64,000 nucleotides of DNA from positions 21,454,001 through 21,518,000 of the forward strand of contig NC_058383.1 in assembly GCF_018350175.1 (NCBI RefSeq), in the 5' to 3' direction. Positions within the stretch are counted from its first letter, which is position 1; the number at the start of each line of letters is the position of its first letter. The position numbers were made by a program, and so were the translations under genes. Source of the stretch: Felis catus. Its lineage: Eukaryota. Shown here piece after piece: positions 1 to 11,810 of the stretch. A model generated the notes under the pieces. It was not told where the DNA came from and did not search any database. It was given only the letters and a program-made list of their open reading frames with translations.

Positions 1-210
1 GCCGGCCCGGGAGTCAAGAACGCGGGGGCGCTGGGACGCGGGGTTCCGCACGCTCAGCGGGGCGGCGTGGGGAGGGGAGAGGGGGCTGGTCCTTGGGGGC
101 CAGGCCGCGCGCCGCGCCCGAGCCTGGCGCTCGTCTGCCAGCCCGGCCGCGCGCCTCCAGCGGGCGGCGCCGCTGGAAGTGACGCGTCGAGGGCGGAGCT
201 CCGGCCCACA

Positions 211-260
211 GCCGCCGACGCTGCCGCCGCCGCCGCCGCCGCCGCCGCCGCCTCCTCCTC
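211..260 (+). repeat. Interrupted GCC trinucleotide repeat, pure (GCC)10 at 223-252, in probable 5' UTR
   Basis: gccgccgacgct(gcc)10 tcctcctc read directly. Confidence 0.95.
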
Positions 261-340
261 GGGGGGGAAGCGATGTAGCCACGCCAGGCCGTCCCCCGAG
301 CTGCCCGGCCGGAGCCCCGCAGGCCGTCGCTGTCGCCGCC

Positions 341-393
341 ATGAAGAAGCAGTTCAACCGCATGAAGCAGCTGGCCAACCAGACCGTGGGCAG
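341..393 (+). CDS. ARHGAP17: ARHGAP17 coding exon 1 (MKKQFNRMKQLANQTVGR)
   Basis: Kozak gccgccATG; donor AG|gtgagt; matches the RICH1 N-terminus. Confidence 0.97.
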
Positions 394-3300
394 GTGAGTG
401 AGCCGCGCCGGGCAGGCCGGGAGCGCGCGGGCCGGGGACCGAGGGTCGGGGTCGTGGCCCCGGGCCGGGACGGGCTGGCTGCCCCGCGGGGCCCCGCGCT
501 CCGGCCCGGCCGCCCGCCCGCTCCGCGCCGGGTCCGCTGCGGGCCAGGGACGAGGGCTGCGCCACGCCGCGGCCTGGCTCCCAGCTCGGGCCGCCGCCCG
601 AGCTCCCGGGAACAGCGGGGCGGGCCGGCCTCCCGGGACGCCCCCCGCGCGGGTCCCCGCCGCCCATTGTCCCGGCCCCGCTGAGCATCGTCCTCTGGGG
701 TCTGGACCCAAGCTTTCCCCGGGCCTCTCCCCCTCTCCCGGGGCTTTGCCATGGGCGAAAACTCGGCTAACTGGTGTGCCCGAGGACGGGCGGGCGCGGT
801 GCTCTGGGGGGCGGCATTCTCAGCCTTTCCGGGTCGCCTGGCCTCTGCCGACCGACCGTCCACCTCCAAGTGCCTGATGGCAGTAAATAAGCAAGGGGCG
901 ATCAGAGCCCATCGGAGCCGTTTAGGGAGACTCAGGACTCCCTTGGAGGGACTTTGGAGGGTGTGCCGTCTCCCAACCGTGGCCCCTGTGGACGGACTGC
1001 TCAAGTTCTTGACCTGTAGACATTTGGAACCGGGAGGAAAGAATTGTGGAAAGGCCTTGGGCAAATGGAAAAACAAAAAGAGGGGGGGCTTTCAAAACAG
1101 CTTTTCTCACCTTTGATTGGGGAGCAAATCCTTCTCCAGGTTTCTCTGGTATCGCTTTAATGCTTGACAGGAAACGATCGATGATGAAATGACAGAAGAG
1201 ACCGGAGTTTGTAGTGGTTTTGAGAGCCTCTGGAGGTTGACTATCCTGTGCTGTGTTATCTGGGGTAAATCTTTCAAGGTCTTTCAGGGCAGTGAGCTGT
1301 CCTGTCCCTGCTGACTGTTTATTCTGAGAAGGGGTATGAAAGTGTGACTTTTTCATTGCTTTTTCTTCTTCTTTGTTTTCAACAGTTGAGTAAAAGGGGG
1401 AGTTTGGTTTGGCCAGAGCACGTGGGGACACTTCTTTTCTGTGTGTGTCTGAAAACGCTTTTACTTCCCCTTGAACTTTCTATATTTGCTTTTTACAGTT
1501 TCGTTTCCCCACCTAACTTTTTTGCTTAGTTTTGTTCAATTTCGTTGCTACCCCCACCCTGTTATCTTCGTGTGTGCTTATCCTGTTTCCAGAGTGGATC
1601 CCTGTCCCTACAGCCTAGCAGTGCCTACTTTTCTGTCATTTGTAGGAAAATGATAGAAATAACGAGTGCCAAGGGGAAGGCAGACGGAATAGTCGTGGGG
1701 CCCAAAGCTTCAAGCAGGCATTGGTGAATGAGTTACAAGATAACTCCTTAGCAGTTTTCTCTCCCCCCACCCCCACCCCCCCAGCATTCTCAGTAACATG
1801 CATTGTGAAATCAGTATTTAGTGACTATCAAGACCCATCTGTCACATTGTCGTTCTGGCCAGTTTGTACATCTCACGAGGAAAGGGGCGTGTGCTCTTTT
1901 TGCACAAAGTTCTCAGACTTTTCAAGCTGTCACGCCACTCAGGGTCTCTTTGGCTCCGGCTTCCTCTGTAGCAGCTTCTCTCTTCACACTTGCGAATTAC
2001 AGCCGTATGTGCCTCCTTTCGGTTGCCAGAGGCCGCCGAACCTTCTTCCCCGTTAGCCTCTGCCTGGAAGTCTGCAGAGCTCCTTTCGCCTCAGCTGCCC
2101 TATACCTGCCTCCTGCTCATTCTCTAGGTGTCCAGGCAAAGGTCACTGCCTCTAAAAGACCTTCTCTGATGCTCCAACGTGGATTGGGAGTCCCTCTCCT
2201 GGCCACTTACATACGTCCGCATGGCACCCGCTTTGCTCTAATGCGACGCCTGTTTACTTGTTCGTGTTCTCCATTAGACTGAACGCCTCGAGAGTCCTTG
2301 CCATCTTCCCGTTTCCTTGGCCGGCTCTGCTGCGGCTCCTGTGCTAGGGTCGATTCTCCATAAACATTTGTCGATCTAGCACACATCTAGTTCTTACCAG
2401 CTCGATCCGGCGCTGTGAGCCCAAGAATGGGAACATGAAAGCTGGATAGAGTGGTGATTCGTGCTAGGATGGTAATTCTGGCCCTGACCTTTGACTCTGT
2501 TTGAAAGTCTTTATTGCTAGATGCCAGGGGAAGCAGCAGCTGTTACAGAGCTGTTAGGGGTGTGGCAATTTCTGCTCCCAGAGCCAAAACTGTTTCCTGG
2601 GGAAGCTTTGGCTTTACTGCGGTTGATTCCCTCGACAAGTTTGTATTTTTTCCACGTCAAGAATGACGAAGGACTAGGGAGAAAAACGGAGGCCAGAGAG
2701 AGCCTAGAATTGTAATTGTGTGTTATTGGCGTAGGCATCAGGATTGGGATTTGGGGGGTATTTGGGTCAAGAGGAAAGCTAGAAAGCAGAGAAGTTACCT
2801 CTCCCCCGCCCCCCGCCGCAGCCAGGAGTGATATTCTGTGTGTGAGTGGCTCGCCCATTGTGTCTGTGACGGATGCATAGAGTTCTGAGTGGTGTCTGGC
2901 GAGGAAGTATTCTCTTCCCAACAATGAGGACCTCGTGAGTCACCCCACAGTGAGGTTCTGTGGGATGGACGTGTGGGAGAATTCGTAACGGCTAGAAGAA
3001 GTTGAGTTCTCATGATGCAGTTTGTGGACAATGGGTGCGTGAGTCTGTTTCGGAAGATGGTTTGTGTATCACAGGCGCGAGGATGATGCAGTGGTCTCTT
3101 GAGTGGGGTGTCCCAAAGAAGAGAATTAGGATGGCTGATTCATCCGTGCAAGAGACCCTTATTGAGCCCAAATTACGTGCCATTGTGGAAAGTAGAAAAG
3201 AATCCAAGTGAATACAAACGCGGCTTCCGCCCTGAAGGGGCTCCACAGACTTCTGGAAGAGTTAGGCAAGCAAAAATGATTATGTACCACGAGGTAAGTC

Positions 3301-3466
3301 CTTACAGAGGGATGGCTGACACACTAAGTGAAACTCTACTCTTGAAGGAGAGAGGTAACACAACACAACAAAACAAACAAACAAAAAAAACGGGAAAATT
3401 TGACCAGAGCCTTTCCCCTCTATCTTTCAACACTTCTTTCAAACTTCTGTTGTATTGAGTAGGTCC

Positions 3467-3694
3467 CTTTTTTTTTTATTAAAAAAAATATTTTTGTAAA
3501 TATTTATTTTTGAGAGAAAGGGTAGACAGAACACGAGCGGGGGAGAGGCAGAGAGAGAGGGAAACACAGAATCCGAAGCAGGCTCCAGGCTCCGAGCTGT
3601 CAGCACAGAGCCTGACGCGGGCCTCAAACCCACGAACCGAGAGATCATGACCGGACAAAGTCAGACACTTGACCCAGTGAGCCACCCAGGTGTC
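3467..3694 (-). mobile_element. Can-SINE (SINEC_Fc2-like)
   Basis: tRNA-like head, CT tract, A tail; flanking gtaggtc(c/t)ctttt repeats. Confidence 0.9.
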
Positions 3695-3732
3695 GCGTAG
3701 GTCTCTTTTGATTGTCAGTCAACCCAACTCGA

Positions 3733-3930
3733 GGGGCGCCTGGGTGGCTCGGTTGGCTGAGGATCCGGCTCTTGATTTCAGCTCAGGTCATGATCTCACA
3801 CTTCCTGGGATCAAGCCCCGCCCGCGTCAAGCTCTGTGCCAATGGTGGGGAGCCTGCTTGGGATCTTCTCTGCCTCTGCCCCTTCCCCGCTCTCTGTCTC
3901 AATGATGAAAAAAGAAAAAAAACACACAAA
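3733..3930 (+). mobile_element. Can-SINE, older subfamily
   Basis: ggggcgcctgggtggctc head and A-rich tail. Confidence 0.88.
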
Positions 3931-5653
3931 ACCAAACCAACTGGAATTGTTATAAGCCAAGCTGCGAATTTGATTGGCTCCTATGTGAGGAAAAGAGTCC
4001 AAAAGCAACATAGTCGCAGCCAGGGCTGGCTCCAGGGGTTCCACTCTTTAGGGAAGCTGTGTGGATAAGCAGGAATCGCCCCCCCCCCTCCCCCCGGCTT
4101 CCAACATCTTCAGTTCAAGTCCCAGGGGGACAAAGAATACCTTTCACTGTGGCCAGAGCCCCAGGATTGACTCAAGGTATCTGATGGGGTCAGTGGCCTT
4201 TGCCTGGACATGGCAATGGAGTCAGCCCCACGCAAGCCGCAGGGGCCTAGAATGGGAGGGTGCTGAGCCCCCTCCCCCGCAAGATAACCGGGGTGTTCTT
4301 CCCAGCAGGAGGCAGGAAGTGTGGTCTTTTCTAGTCCTGCTAAAAGGAAAGAAAGCGCTTTTTGGAAATCCCTGACGCAGAGAAGCCAGTAGCTGCGGAT
4401 GGCAGTTGGCGTGGAGGGTGTGGAGGCAGGGGTGCACCAAGGTGGGGAACTTGCGCATTTGGTTGTGAGGTCGACGAGTCCAGGAGGACAGGCATCTGGG
4501 GGCCTAATAGCAGAGTTGACTACGCGGGTGAGGCTCTGGAAGGGAGTGTCTCTTTGGGAGTAGGTTTCTGCCAAGAGGGGAGCTCTCCCTGGAGGCCTGA
4601 ATGTTCTCCTAGATAGTAGCCTTTAGGTAAGTCAGGGTTGCAGACTCCAAGCCTCAGGGGGCCAGGCTAATAATAATAAAATAAGAGCGACTTAGACCAG
4701 GTGAGGGCCGTGGGGGACCCGAAGGTGCCTGGCTTACCAAAGGGCCGTGTGAGAATATGGACCCGCTGTCGGGCCCGACCTTTGGAGTTGTTGAGAAAGG
4801 CCTCAAGTCTGGATTTTCATGAAGATGAGGTGGCATTTAATGCCAATTGAAAACAACCACCAGGACCCTGAGCGGGACTAAACAAAACACATCTGTGGCC
4901 ACATTCGGTCTGTGGGTCACCAGTGGGCAGTTGCTCGTGGAAAAGGTTGGGGAGGTGAAGATTCCTGTGACGATTTTTCTCTTTTTCCTCCTGCGCCCCA
5001 CCCTCCTATTAGTACCTTCTCAGTTCTTGGACGTGTCGACGAGCTCGTCCTTTCCTTTACAGAAACGTTTCAGAGATCTGAGAGTAGCGATCACCAGTAT
5101 TTCTCTCCTGGTTGGGTTTACCGAGCGCTGTACCGAACCACCTGGCCTGGTCTCACCTACTGGTGCTTGTTATCATTTATGGTTTAGAGAGAGGAAAAAT
5201 GACCTGCCGTTGTCTGCCCGGCCAGCGAGTGGCCGAGGCAGGACTTGGGGCCAGGGTGTGACTCTGGACCCCGTGTGTTTCCGACTGTAGACACCGGGCC
5301 GGCTGCCCGCCAGGGAAGGGTTCCTGTGGATGAAATGTCTTTGGTGCTTGCTGACTTGCTGGGCTAGATGCTTTGGAGTCAAGCCTCTCGCTGCCTTCTC
5401 CACGGCAACTCCCAGAGGTGATGTTATTTATTCCTGGCTTAATGATGAGGAAGCGAGGACTCAAAGAGGTCACCGGGCTAGTTAATGAGAGTGCTGCCGT
5501 TCATCAGAAACCAGGGTTCTGCTTCCAAAGCAGATAGAAGTCCTTACTTCATGGAAGGCAACTCTTTTCTTTAAGAAACCCCGTGTTAGAATTCTGTGTG
5601 ACGAAGCTTCCACAGAATCCTGGAAGCTAAGAGTTGGATGTTGCTCTCTCGTC

Positions 5654-5868
5654 CAGGGGCTCCCACCAGGGATGGCCCCCTGGGGGACATTTGGCAATGG
5701 CCGGAGACGTTTTGTTTTTGTTGTGACTTGGCTCGGGCGTGGGGTGCTCCTGGCATCTGGCGACACAGGCCGGGGATGCTGCTGACCAGCCTACACCGCC
5801 CAGGACAGCCTCGCCGCACAGAATTATCTGGTCCCAAATGTCAAGAGTGGTGAGGTTGGGAAAGCCTG
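5654..5868 (+). mobile_element. MER20 hAT DNA transposon
   Basis: ggggacatttggcaatg...ctggcatct...gaattatctggtcccaaatgtcaa. Confidence 0.85.
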
Positions 5869-7054
5869 GTCGAGTCCTTTGAGATTCTGGATACGTGAAT
5901 CGTGAAAACCAAAGATCCGTGATGTTTGCCTGCAGGGTGAAGATGTGTTCTGTTTGGTTTATTTCTTATGTGTGGAAGTATTAATGACAATCATTGGCCC
6001 ACATTTAACACTTGGGAGTTTTCACGTGGAAACCTGGACTTCCAGTTTCTTCTCAAATCTTGCAAGACCTAGAGAAGCCTGGCATTGCGCCCTCGCGAGA
6101 GTACACGTCGTCGTAGCTGCAGCTGCGTAGGTGCTGTCCCGTCCGGGTGGGGCATCGACCGTCCAGTGTGCCCTGGTCCCTACCTGGCTTGTCCTGCTGT
6201 GGTACGTTCCTTGCGGACCCCTCCCTGCTCACGGATCTCTCAACGACCTTCTCCAGGAGCAGCAGAGTCTCTGCCTCGCGAGGTAGCCCGTTGCGTTAGG
6301 GGCAACGTGAGTCAAAGGCATCTCTGCCCGTGAGTCCCAGGGGAGTCCTCTGCTGCCACGATGCCTGTGTCTCTCTTCCGCGAGACGGCCCTTTCTGTAT
6401 TCAGCGTCCAAACCGCAAACCGTGTCCTCGCTCGATCAGCGGTAACATTCTCCACCCCTCACCTATTCGACACCCTGACTTCCTCCGCCTTTTCCAGGGG
6501 AGGTGGCTGTGCTTGGTTCGCTTCAGTCTGGGTGGATCCCGTCCAGCCTCTGCATAGAGCAGAGGAGGAAAGGAATGTGTTCTCCCCATGACTTCTGAAT
6601 CCGAGCTTCCGTGGCCTGGTCATCCACTTTACCTCCTGTGAAATCAAACAGGGTTGTTTATAGGTGAGTGAAGAAAGCCCGTGGTTCACTGAACCAAAAT
6701 GAACCCTAAACAGATGTGCTCACGTGTGGCCTTATGGCATTGGTGTTACACGTGAAGGTAGCATGTTATTCTAAGAGGAAATGATGTCTGTGGTCGTGGT
6801 TCCCAGTGTGTCCACGGCAGCCCCCTGCCCCCGAGATTGGACATGGGTATATGGTATAGGGTCCCAGAGTCAGTATGCACACCACGCAGTCTTGTCGGAC
6901 TGGAGATGTTTGGCCTTTATCATTCTGTTTCTCTTTCTCAAATGTAGGCAGGTGCCATCGTTATCAATCAAATATAGATCCGTGTACAAATATTATTACA
7001 CTCCTATCTGCTGTGTGTGTCTATTTTCTTAAATGTGGGTGTTAAAAGTACAAC

Positions 7055-7603
7055 AGGCCCACAGTCCTTTTTCCAAAACCCTAGGGGCCAGATGAGTTTT
7101 GGAATTCAGACGTTTTCAGGTTTTATTTTATTTAAAAAAAAAAATTTTTTTAACGTTTATTGATTTTTGAGACAGAGAGAGACTGAGCATGAACGGGGGA
7201 GAGTCAGAGAGAGGGAGACACAGAATCTGAAACAGGCTCCAGGCTCTGAGCTGTCAGCACAGGGCCCGACGCGGGGCTCGAACTCACGGACCGGGAGATC
7301 ATGACCCGAGCCGAAGTCGGACGCTTAACCGACGGAGCCACCCAGGCGCCCCTTTTTCAGATTTTAGAAAAGTAAAAATGTACATATGCTGTTACTGTAT
7401 AATCCATGGTGTGGGTCAGCATCCCTTCATTGAATATGTTAATATTTCTAGAGTGAAAATATAAAGGTACTTCATGCTAAATGGAACACTTAAAGATTGT
7501 AAATGGCTTCATATTAGTTCAGGTCAAGTTTTGTTACCAAATAAGTTACCAAAAAACCTTGTTTTTTAGATTTCAAAATGATGGATAAGGGGTTATGGAG
7601 CTG
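7055..7603. mobile_element. MER96B-like non-autonomous DNA transposon interrupted by a minus-strand Can-SINE (about 7120-7352)
   Basis: Degenerate terminal inverted repeats caggcccacagtccttttt / ggataaggggttatggagctg; the SINE is clear. Confidence 0.6.
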
Positions 7604-7743
7604 GTTTACTCAGTAGTAATGCTCCTATTGAGAGAGTCTGAGATGGTTTTTTGTTTTTTGTTTTGTTTTGTTTTTTTGCCTTTTACTCTACGTAATGCCC
7701 CCTTACTCCAAAAAGTTAGAAACCACAATGATGTTCTGTAACT

Positions 7744-8076
7744 AGGGGTCACAGACTCAAGTGCTAGGCAGGTAAAATTAATAAGCGAAGGGAAGGTAGA
7801 TGTAAGGTAGTAGAGAGAGGCGAGGAATAGCAAAACTAGCTCATTGCACGGGCTTGCTTGCTCTTGGCCAGTCTAGCTACCTGTTGACATGGTGAATGTG
7901 GGTGCAGGAACACTCACTTTCCCATTTTTAAGGATACTCCAGAACGCTGATTTTTTTGTGAAGTTTATTGATACTTAAATATCAGCAATGAAAAAGGAAA
8001 AGAAACCGCTGGACGTAGGCCAGAGAAAATCTATCTGCAAGCTTTATCTGGCCTTGGGCTGCCTGCTCTGACCTCT
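7744..8076. mobile_element. Old hAT-Charlie element (MER102-like)
   Basis: aggggtcacagactcaagtgc start and ctgacctct end resemble the recalled consensus. Confidence 0.45.
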
Positions 8077-8208
8077 AGTTGCGAGACTGATTCTTACCGA
8101 ATGAAAAGTTGGACCGTGGTGTTTTGGTAATGAACGCTTTCTTGAGATGGGGATGAGACATTTGCTTTATCATTATTCGTTGTGCTTTACATATATGTCA
8201 CATAATTT

Positions 8209-8243
8209 TGCAGTCAGATGCTCTACCCCTGAGCTATACGCCC
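8209..8243 (-). pseudogene. tRNA-Cys(GCA) 5'-half tailless retropseudogene
   Basis: Minus strand GGGCGTATAGCTCAGGGGTAGAGCATCTGACTGCA ends at the anticodon; 15-bp degenerate direct repeats at 8196-8210 and 8244-8258. Confidence 0.85.
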
Positions 8244-8407
8244 TATTATATAATTTTGGAGTGTAAAATATTTCAAAAGAAAAACACTGGAGCACTGCCT
8301 TATTTTCTAGCCAGTGGGAAGTTTTCTTTCTCATCTATGAATTTGAAAGTTTAATGTTATTTATTTTGGAAAAGGGAATGAGAACCCCAAGTTAAAATAG
8401 GGCCCTC

Positions 8408-8620
8408 TTTTTTTTTTTTTCCAACGTTTATTTATTTTTGGGACAGAGAGAGACAGAGCATGAACGGGGGAGGGGCAGAGAGAGAGGGAGACACAGAATC
8501 GGAAACAGGCTCCAGGCTCTGAGCCATCAGCCCAGAGCCCGACGCGGGGCTCGAACTCACGGACCGCGAGATCATGACCTGGCTGAAGTCGGACGCTTAA
8601 CCGACTGCGCCACCCAGGCG
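8408..8620 (-). mobile_element. Young SINEC_Fc
   Basis: Near-consensus with intact CpGs; TSD agggccctctttttt at 8399-8413 and 8622-8636. Confidence 0.95.
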
Positions 8621-8832
8621 AAGGGCCCTCTTTTTTAAAAAGTTTGAGTTAAGGGGGGTTAGATTATAATGTCGCTGCCTTTCCAGGGCCACAGTGATCT
8701 GAAGTGCCATTGCATGTCCGCCCCCGTATTTGGACTGGGAGGTGTGCCTCATCTTCTGTCCTCTCAGACCGTATCCCTGGTCCTATCCCCATACCTACTG
8801 CCACACGGCTGATGACTTTCAACTTGATGTCT

Positions 8833-9066
8833 TTTTTTTTTTTTTTTTGAGTTTATTTATTTTGGGAGAGAGAGAGAGAGTGAGGGAGAGAGGGAGCGCA
8901 CACAAGCAGGGAAGGGTCAGAGAGAGAGGAAAAGCGAATCCCAAGCAGGCTCCACGCTGTGAGGGCGGAGCCTGACGCGAGGCTCAAACTCACAAACCGG
9001 GAGATCGTGACCTGAGCCGAGATCAAGAGTCAGATGCTTAACCAACTGAACCCCTCTGGGTGCTCC
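8833..9066 (-). mobile_element. Can-SINE
   Basis: Poly-T, (GA)n, reverse-complement head. Confidence 0.88.
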
Positions 9067-9206
9067 TTAATTTTATGTCTCTAGTCCTGGCATCTCTTCA
9101 TCTCTAGATTGATCTTTGTCTTGAACTTCTCTATTTAAAAGTCCTGCTGAAATTCAGCTCATGAACTGCGTCCTCAAATTGGCCTTCTTTCCCTGTATTC
9201 CTTAGG

Positions 9207-9398
9207 CCGTGGGTCAGCAACCTCTGGCCTGTAGGCCAAATCCCGCCCACTGCCTGTTTTGTGAAAAAGGGTTATTGGATCACGGCCACGCACTGCAGCA
9301 GCACAGTCAAGCAGATCTCACGGTGACTGTATGGCCCACGGAGCCCATGCTATTTACCGCCTGGCCCTTTGCAGGAAGAGTTTGTGGACACCCGCCCT
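9207..9398 (+). mobile_element. MER58A-like hAT element
   Basis: ggtcagcaac...ggccaaatcc...tggccctttgcaggaagagtttg. Confidence 0.75.
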
Positions 9399-9579
9399 GG
9401 CGCACTGAATGCCGGAAGCGCATCTCCTCTGTCACCTGCGATCCCCCTCTTTCTCCTCCATCTTCTTTATATCCAGGCTCTCCCTGCCATCTGGCAGCTC
9501 TGCCTCTGGACCGTCTCTGACTTGGTCTCTGCCTCTCGGTGGCCTTAGTTAGTTCAAGCTTGCGGGGTTTTTTCTTTCT

Positions 9580-9743
9580 TCTTTTTTTTTTTAAATGAAA
9601 TGTACTGTCAAATTGGTTTCCATACAACACCCAGTGTTCATCCCAACAGGTGCCCTCCTCAAGGCCCATCACCCTCTTTCCTCTCCCCCCGCCCACCCCC
9701 ATCAACTCTCAGTTCTCCGTATTTAAGAGTCTCTTACGGTTTG
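9580..9743 (-). mobile_element. 5'-truncated felid L1 (L1_Fc) 3' end
   Basis: Poly-T followed by gtcaaattggtttccatacaacacccagtg...aagagtctctta. Confidence 0.88.
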
Positions 9744-11605
9744 AACTGTTTTTTGTTTTTTGTTTTTTTTTTTTTAACCTGGACTCACAATTGTCTTCCA
9801 ACTGGCTTAGCTAGCTTGAGCTGGATTTTATCCATACATGGGACATCTGGGCTTCCACTTTGGTCTGACACGGCCAATCCAAATTTTAATGGTCATAGCT
9901 ATTCCTCTCTAAATTATTTTCTTCTGATGAAATCATGATGTTCCTAGGACATTTTATGTCGTCCTAGTATTGCTAAATTGTCTTCGAAACGATAGTGCTG
10001 TCATTGAGTTACGGTGCGGCAAATAATTTACACTGGATTGTATGTCACCGTGCGTGATATGATGAATGTCGTGTTTCACCGTCATGCTGTGCTGACTTGT
10101 AGATGCTGTCTTGTAAAAAATCTACCTATTTTAATTTTTTCTGTTAAGGTTGAAATGAATGTGTCCCATATTTGTATTTCCTGATGAGTTTTCTATATGT
10201 GTTATTTGGTCATTTAATTGCCAGTTGTCAATTTCATTTTTTAATCACCAGTTTCGACTCAACACCTGTCTGCTGAGAACCTGTCAAATGCTGGGGTTAA
10301 AAAGATAACGGATTCCTAGGAATTTGAGTGGGGAGAGAGACCTACAAGCAGATAATTTGAATACAGCCGGTTGTACTTACTCCAGCAGGCCTTAGGAAGT
10401 AGGAATGCCACATCTTGATTTATTTATACATGACAAGGTAAACAAGTTCACATTCTTATCCTCAGGTACATCACGTAATGAGTGCAGTGACAGAATCTTG
10501 AGGGAACGCATTCACGACTAGGTACAGGTTTGATACAAGAGTCAGAAAATAAAGCGGATTCTGTTGAAAATCCGACCGACCCTGTGGATTATAGAAGAAA
10601 CTGCTTTTGAATAGGAGGAGCCTCTTTGTAGCCAGTGATACGAAAACAATATTAAGTTCATCTCAGCTCTCCAGGTTTTAAGACTCGTTTCTGAAGTCTT
10701 GCTATTCCCTGTGAATTACAGCTTATTAATTACTTGCCTAGACTCCTTCCTTTTGATTGGTCCCAGCATGTTTCTCTCTGTCCTTTCTCACAGTTATTTT
10801 TTTTAAGTGTCTTCCTTATCAGAGATACTTCGGCCTAGTTGTCCACTTGATCTCTCCATTCATGTTTCATTAGCAGTTTTTCTGTCATTTCTGAATGGGT
10901 TCGTTAAATTTCTGCCTCCTAAAGAGTTTATAGTATAAACGGTAGACTGAGTGACAAGGTACTCAAATGAAAATAAATGTTCAGAACTGCACAGAAATTC
11001 TTCTAAGCAATGACCAGCTCCATTTATAAGTCTACCAGCTTGGACTTCACGTGGTCGCTGGATACCTGATGCATAGACAGGACTGGCCACTTGAACCCAC
11101 GCGCATCTGTACCTTGGGGAAATACACGAAAGTACTTCTACTTCACTGGGTATGGTGGGTGCAGGATAGATGTAGCGTGGGCGCTGGCATGGGGTTGCTG
11201 AGACGTGCCCAGGAGTCCGTGAAGCCCTCTCTGACATGTGACACTTGAATAATCTTGAGAACAGGAAGGTAGGGGTGATGGGTTGTAGAGAATTCCCAGG
11301 AAGAAGAAAAATTCTCGGGGGAAACCTAACCCACTGACCATTTTGTCCTTTAACTTCATGTTTTGTTTGTTTGCTTGTTTGTTTACTATAAATTGGAAAA
11401 AGGCGATACTATCTGATTGCTAGCAGTGGGAAAAGTCTGTCCAGCTCTTATTTTCCAATGAGGTAGTGAACTAATGGCTGTTTGTAGATCCATATGTTCT
11501 TAAGTCCAGAGCAATTGTGGTGTTTAAATTCACAAGCCGCTGGATGCATTTCCATCCAATAGATAGAGTAAGTTGGTTCTTAAAAGCTTTGAAGCTCTAA
11601 AATCA

Positions 11606-11810
11606 GGGGACTTAGGTGGCTCATAGTTAAGTAACCAGCTCTTGATTTCGGCTCAGGTCATGATCCCACGGTTCATGGGTTCGAGCCCCGTCCCGTGTCA
11701 GGCTCTGCGCTGATAGCTTGAAGCCTGCTTAGGATTCTCTCTCTCCCTCTCTCAACCCCTCCCCAACTTGTTCTCTCTCTCTTCTCTCAAAATAAATCAA
11801 CATTACTAAA
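11606..11810 (+). mobile_element. Can-SINE
   Basis: Head, CT tract, aaaataaat tail. Confidence 0.85.

Larger units (their letters stand above)
1..870. promoter_or_regulatory. CpG island promoter covering ARHGAP17 exon 1
   Basis: Very GC- and CpG-rich; GGGCGG box at 191-196, GGAAGTGACG at 175-184; no TATA box seen. Confidence 0.9.

Noticed and set aside
14..1116. Long overlapping ORFs on both strands (224, 205, 240 aa; poly-Arg/poly-Ala)
   Set aside because: Expected from stop-codon depletion in a CpG island and the GCC repeat; no recognisable domains
8438..8638. Recurrent ORF GQRETEHERGRGRERGRHRIG... (also near 20155, 34083, 34632, 50979)
   Set aside because: Translation of the antisense strand of SINEC_Fc, not a gene family
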